In this document: positions 38,100-41,825 of the stretch, one piece after another
Layout: each line of letters opens with the position of its first letter
Numbering within the stretch: position 1 is the first letter of the stretch
Assembly (NCBI GenBank): GCA_963788655.1
Contig: CAWBHS010000097.1
Coordinates: forward strand, 1-41,825
DNA from: an uncultured Verrucomicrobiae bacterium
GTDB lineage: Bacteria; Verrucomicrobiota; Verrucomicrobiia; Limisphaerales; JAFGQR01
DNA: 41,825 bases
Direction of reading: 5' to 3'
Notes under the pieces: generated by a model
Seen by the model: only the letters and a program-made list of their open reading frames with translations
Database searches by the model: none
What the model was told of the DNA's origin: nothing
Translations under genes and position numbers: made by a program

Positions 38100-38308
38100 C
38101 CCCAATCCCGCGAATGACGATCCGCCGGAGCAGATGCTGACCTGTTGGTTTGGTGTTGTTCGTAACCTTGGCGGACGTTTCATCCGTCCATAAAAAAAGA
38201 TTCGGGCAACGGACGCCAAGGAGGTGGGGATGGGGAATCCCGCTGTGAGGTATTTCTATCCGTTACCCGAATCAAATCTTCAAAGAGCCGTATGCCGCCA
38301 CCGATGGC

Positions 38309-38539
38309 TCAATGTGCATGAGGACGGCCCGCCGCGCAAGCGCAACATCCACCACCGCCCGAATTCATTCCGCAAGCTGGAGCCGCACTGTCCGCAACGC
38401 TCGACGCAAACACCGACAATTTTTTATTCAATTGGGTCGATCCACAGTGGGGACAAGTAGTGCCTTGCCACTCGGTGGAGCGCACCAGCACTTCGCTATC
38501 TTTTTCGCATTCGCTACAATGAAATTCGTATATCGGCAC
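38309..38539 (-). CDS. FmdB family zinc-ribbon regulatory protein
   Basis: MPIYEFHCSEC...E.LV.......CPHCGS..L.K.LS plus a Cys/Gly-rich tail. Confidence 0.9.
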   Translation of the reverse strand: MPIYEFHCSECEKDSEVLVRSTEWQGTTCPHCGSTQLNKKLSVFASSVADSAAPACGMNSGGGGCCACAAGRPHAH

Positions 38540-38663
38540 GGGCTCAAATTATGCACCGGCCCAACTGAAATCAAGGTTCGTCGCATGAAAATGTTTGAAT
38601 TTCTTCGAGAGCAAATTGCTGGCCCTATTTTCGTGAGGCTCAAGAAATCAGCAAGTAACTCCT

Positions 38664-39420
38664 TCACAAGAGGTTGATTATCAAGAGCGGATTCGATGCA
38701 GATTTGGCCGCGGCTGGATGGCTCACGTCAATGACGCGCAACCCCGCCGGTCCATCCGCCCCGTACGCATACGGCCCGACCACCTGCACATCAAGGGCCT
38801 GACCCGTGGTATCGAGCTGCCCCACGAGAGTGGGCTGCTCTGGATTGCTCACGTCCAGCACCAACAATCCCGAGGTCCGCTCGGCGATGTAGGCATAATG
38901 GCCCGCCACGGCGATGCCCTCCGCCGATCCCGGCGTGTTGTATTGCCCAACGAGCGCGGGATTGGTTGGGTCCAGCAGATCCAGGATGATCACTCCGCCA
39001 CCGGTGATTGCCACGTACGCCAGGTCACCCACGACCTCGACGGCGTAAGCATTATCCCGCACGAAACCGGGCCACCGACTGACCGGCACCGTTCCCACCG
39101 CCGGGATTACTTCCAGGTTGGCCACCGCGCTGGTAATCGAGCCAGAGGGATTGCTCACCCCACCGTGTAGCCCCCGGCTTCGGCTGCCTGAACATTTGAC
39201 AGGCGCAACGTGGTGTTGGTTTGTCCGGACAAAACGTTGGTGCCATTGAAAAAACCATTGGTATAACAACGGCGCATCCCCCGTGGCCAGAACGCTGAAA
39301 ATGGTGCCACCCCCCCGCCACCACGCGTGCCCCGCGCGGCTGGGAAACAATGTTCGGTATGGCCGCATGCGCCATAGTTGCTCCGAAAACAAGCAGCCCA
39401 ATCCCAACGCCGAAAGCCAA
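38664..39420 (-). pseudogene. Ig-like + LVIVD-repeat surface protein fragment (frameshifted, truncated)
   Basis: PNIVSQP / FSV.ATGDAPLLYQWF / NGTN..GQTNTTL.LSNVQ...AG.Y.V / VSN..GS.TS..A.L.V (Ig domain across frames), then three LVIVD repeats (AYIA....GLLVLDVSNP). Confidence 0.72.
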
Positions 39421-39440
39421 GCGAAAGCGTGCAAGACCTC

Positions 39441-39548
39441 GTAGCCGCCGACGTAAGGAGGCGGACCGCGTTCCCAGACAATTATCCGCCTCGTCACCTC
39501 GGCGGCTACGGTTCATGCCACTCGGTAGCCGCCGATGTAACGAGGCGG
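39441..39548. repeat. GTAG-type REP cluster (three copies)
   Basis: GTAGCCGCCGACGTAAGGAGGCGGA (39441-39465), inverted copy (39485-39509), third copy (39525-39548). A degenerate copy lies at 22056-22079. Confidence 0.75.
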
Positions 39549-39671
39549 CATAAACGTCAACTTTGTAATCCTGGGAATGGAGGCTTAACCTGGTTCTCGA
39601 ACACGAAAAAGCCCTTGGTTATTACACAAAACTGTGATCACTCATCCTTAAATACTCGTCACGTAGTAGCG

Positions 39672-39757
<86 letters not shown>

Positions 39758-39902
39758 AACCAAAATCAGCCAAAGTGAGCCGGAATTTAGCCATCGTACT
39801 TCGGACATCTCAAGTCCAAAGTTATCGGGAAGTCGGTATTTTTACCAAACGCGCCAAAATTTTGCACTTTGAACGGCCCCGTCCGCCTTCTACCTTAGGC
39901 CG

Positions 39903-41261
39903 ATGTTCGATACTTTGAGCAGCAAACTCCAGAATGCGTTCAGGAACCTGCGCGGCCTCGGAAAAATCTCCGAGGAAAACATCGGGGAATCCCTGCGCGA
40001 AGTGCGCATGGCGCTGCTGGAAGCCGACGTGAATTTCAAGGTGGCCCGCGATTTCATCGAGCGCGTCAAAGCCAAGTCCCTGGGCCAGGAAGTCATTCAA
40101 AGCATCCAGCCCGGCCAGCAGATCATCAAAATCATCCACGACGAACTGGTCGAACTTGCTCGGCTCCGGCCAACGCCGGCGCTGCAATCTCGACCGGCAA
40201 TCCCGACCTGCCATCCTGATGGTCGGCTTGCACGGCTCGGGCAAAACCACCTCCTCCGGCAAACTCGCCCGGCTGCTTGCACAAGCAGGGCCGCGCGCCG
40301 TTGCTGGTCGCGGCGGACGTTTATCGTCCGGCGGCCATGGACCAGCTCGAAACGCTCGGCACAGCAACTCGAGCTGCCCGTGTTCGTGACGCAAAGGCGA
40401 AACGGACGTGCTGAAGATCGCCCGCGAGGCGCTCGAATTCGCCCGCGCCAACAATCGCAACGTGCTCATTTTCGACACCGCCGGCCGGCTGCAGATTGAC
40501 GAGCCGCTGGTGCAGGAACTGGTCCGGCTGCGCGACCTGGTCAAGCCCAGGAAATTCTGCTCGTGCTCGACGCCGCCACCGGCCAGGAAGCGGTGAATGT
40601 CGCCACGCATTTTGACCAGGCGCTGCAACATCACCGGCTCCATTCTCACCAAGCTCGACGGCGATGCCCGCGGCGGCGCGGCGCTCAGCATGAAGGCGGT
40701 GACGCGGCAAGCCGATCAAGTTCGTCGGCGTGGGCGAAAAGCTGGAGGACTTCGAGCCGTTTCATCCCGAGCGCATGGCCTCGCGCATTCTGGGCATGGG
40801 CGACGTCGTCAGCCTGGTCGAGAAGGCCGCCGAAGCGGTGGACCTGGACGACGCCAAGCGCCTCGAGGAGAAGATGCGCAAGGGCCAGTTCACGCTGGAG
40901 GATTTTCTGGATCAACTGCGGCAGATGAAAAAGCTCGGTCCGCTCGAAAGCATTGTCGGCATGCTGCCCGGCGGCGCCGAGATGCTCAAGGGCGCGGACA
41001 TGAGCAAGCAGGAGAAGGAATTCCGGCACATGGAAGCGATGATCTGCGGCATGACGCCGCAGGAACGACGCAGTCCAGCAGATCCTCAACGCCAGCCGCC
41101 GGCAACGGATTGCCAAAGGCAGCGGCGTGACCGTGACGGAGTTGAACACCATGCTGAACAAGTTCAACCAGATGCAGCAGATGATGAAGAAGATGGGCAA
41201 GTTCCAGCGCATGATGAGCAAGATGGGCGGCGGCCTGCCGGGAATGCTGCGACCGCGATAG
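39903..41261 (+). CDS. ffh: Signal recognition particle protein Ffh (multiple apparent frameshifts)
   Basis: [72 protein letters not shown], Met-rich M domain, spread over several frames. Confidence 0.95.
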
Positions 41262-41263
41262 GC

Positions 41264-41281
41264 GATAAAGATAAAGATAAA
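41264..41281. repeat. (GATAAA)3 short tandem repeat abutting the IS66 end
   Basis: Seen directly. Confidence 0.7.
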
Positions 41282-41342
41282 GTGTAAGCGTCAAGGGGAG
41301 CGCGCCTAGCGGGCCGCGGGCAACGTCGGCTACGCTGGCGGA

Positions 41343-41681
41343 ATGAAACGATCATCGAGTCGACGCGTTCGATATTCTCCCGAACAGCGAGCCGCATGGG
41401 TCAACGAGTTCCGTGGCAGCGGCGAGACGCAGCAAATCTTTGCGCGGCGTCGCGGCATCAAGTGGACCACCTTCCGCAACTGGCTCTACCGTCGCAGCAG
41501 CAAAATGCCCGCCCGTCCCAGCGCCGTTGACTTTCAAGAGATCCGGATCGCACCCCTGCACTCACCGGCGCCCTGGAGTGCTGAGATTGCTCTGGGGAGC
41601 GGGACCGTGGTGCGACTGCAGGCCGGCGCGGACCCGCAATGGGTGCACGCCCTCCTTCAATCTCTGCGCCAGCCATGTTGA
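41343..41681 (+). CDS. tnpA: IS66 accessory protein TnpA (HTH)
   Basis: RYSPEQRAAWV..F..SG.TQ..FARR.GI...TF.NW...F.EI...EI.L..G..VRL. Confidence 0.85.
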   Translation: MKRSSSRRVRYSPEQRAAWVNEFRGSGETQQIFARRRGIKWTTFRNWLYRRSSKMPARPSAVDFQEIRIAPLHSPAPWSAEIALGSGTVVRLQAGADPQWVHALLQSLRQPC

Positions 41682-41825
41682 GCCTCAGCGCGGCGACGCG
41701 CATCTTTGTCGCCCTGGAGCCGGTGGACCTGCGCCAGAGCTTTAACGGCCTGCTGGCACGCGTCCAGTCGGTGTTGAAGGAGGACCCGACGTCCGGGCAT
41801 TTGTTTGTCTTTACCAACCGACATC
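41675..41825 (+). CDS. tnpB: IS66 accessory protein TnpB (Orf2), 3'-truncated by the window edge
   Basis: MLSLSAATRIFVALEPVDLRQSFNGLLARVQSVLKEDPTSGHLFVFTNR. Confidence 0.9.
   Translation, partial: MLSLSAATRIFVALEPVDLRQSFNGLLARVQSVLKEDPTSGHLFVFTNRH

Larger units (their letters stand above)
41284..41825 (+). mobile_element. IS66 family element, left end (continues beyond the window)
   Basis: Begins GTAAGCGTC (IS66-type terminus), followed by the tnpA-tnpB arrangement. Confidence 0.88.

Noticed and set aside
41675..41825. TnpB as an RNA-guided IS200/IS605 nuclease
   Set aside because: This is the unrelated IS66 Orf2 accessory protein that shares the name.

Overview
A GC-rich bacterial window, probably from Verrucomicrobiota (an inference from the repeated C-terminal '...W...RF(F/Y)R(L/A)' domains and the GTAG-type palindromic repeats). 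It mixes housekeeping genes (glgC-like/glgA-like pair, ABC-F Uup-like ATPase, MFS transporter, tRNA-Tyr, ffh) with many accessory elements: a four-helix-bundle gene followed by 37 heptamer repeats, a two-kinase/one-regulator NarL-type cluster, stacked MITEs and REP-like hairpins, a decayed type I R-M locus carrying a DUF433/DUF5615 TA pair, a 9-heme cytochrome c-cytochrome b fusion (CbcL-like) next to a hydrogenase maturation protease, large secreted repeat proteins, an IS110-family element and the start of an IS66. The most notable signal is the IS110 element (about 22332-24080). It has 21-bp near-terminal inverted repeats and sits inside a CACGGAT-type palindromic repeat. Its upstream non-coding region folds into a bridge-RNA-like structure: one loop matches the predicted circle junction over 10 nt, and another nearly matches the flanking target. 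Many 1-nt frameshifts, including several in the essential gene ffh, suggest sequencing/assembly indels, so frameshift-based pseudogene calls are tentative. All family assignments are by eye; no searches were run.
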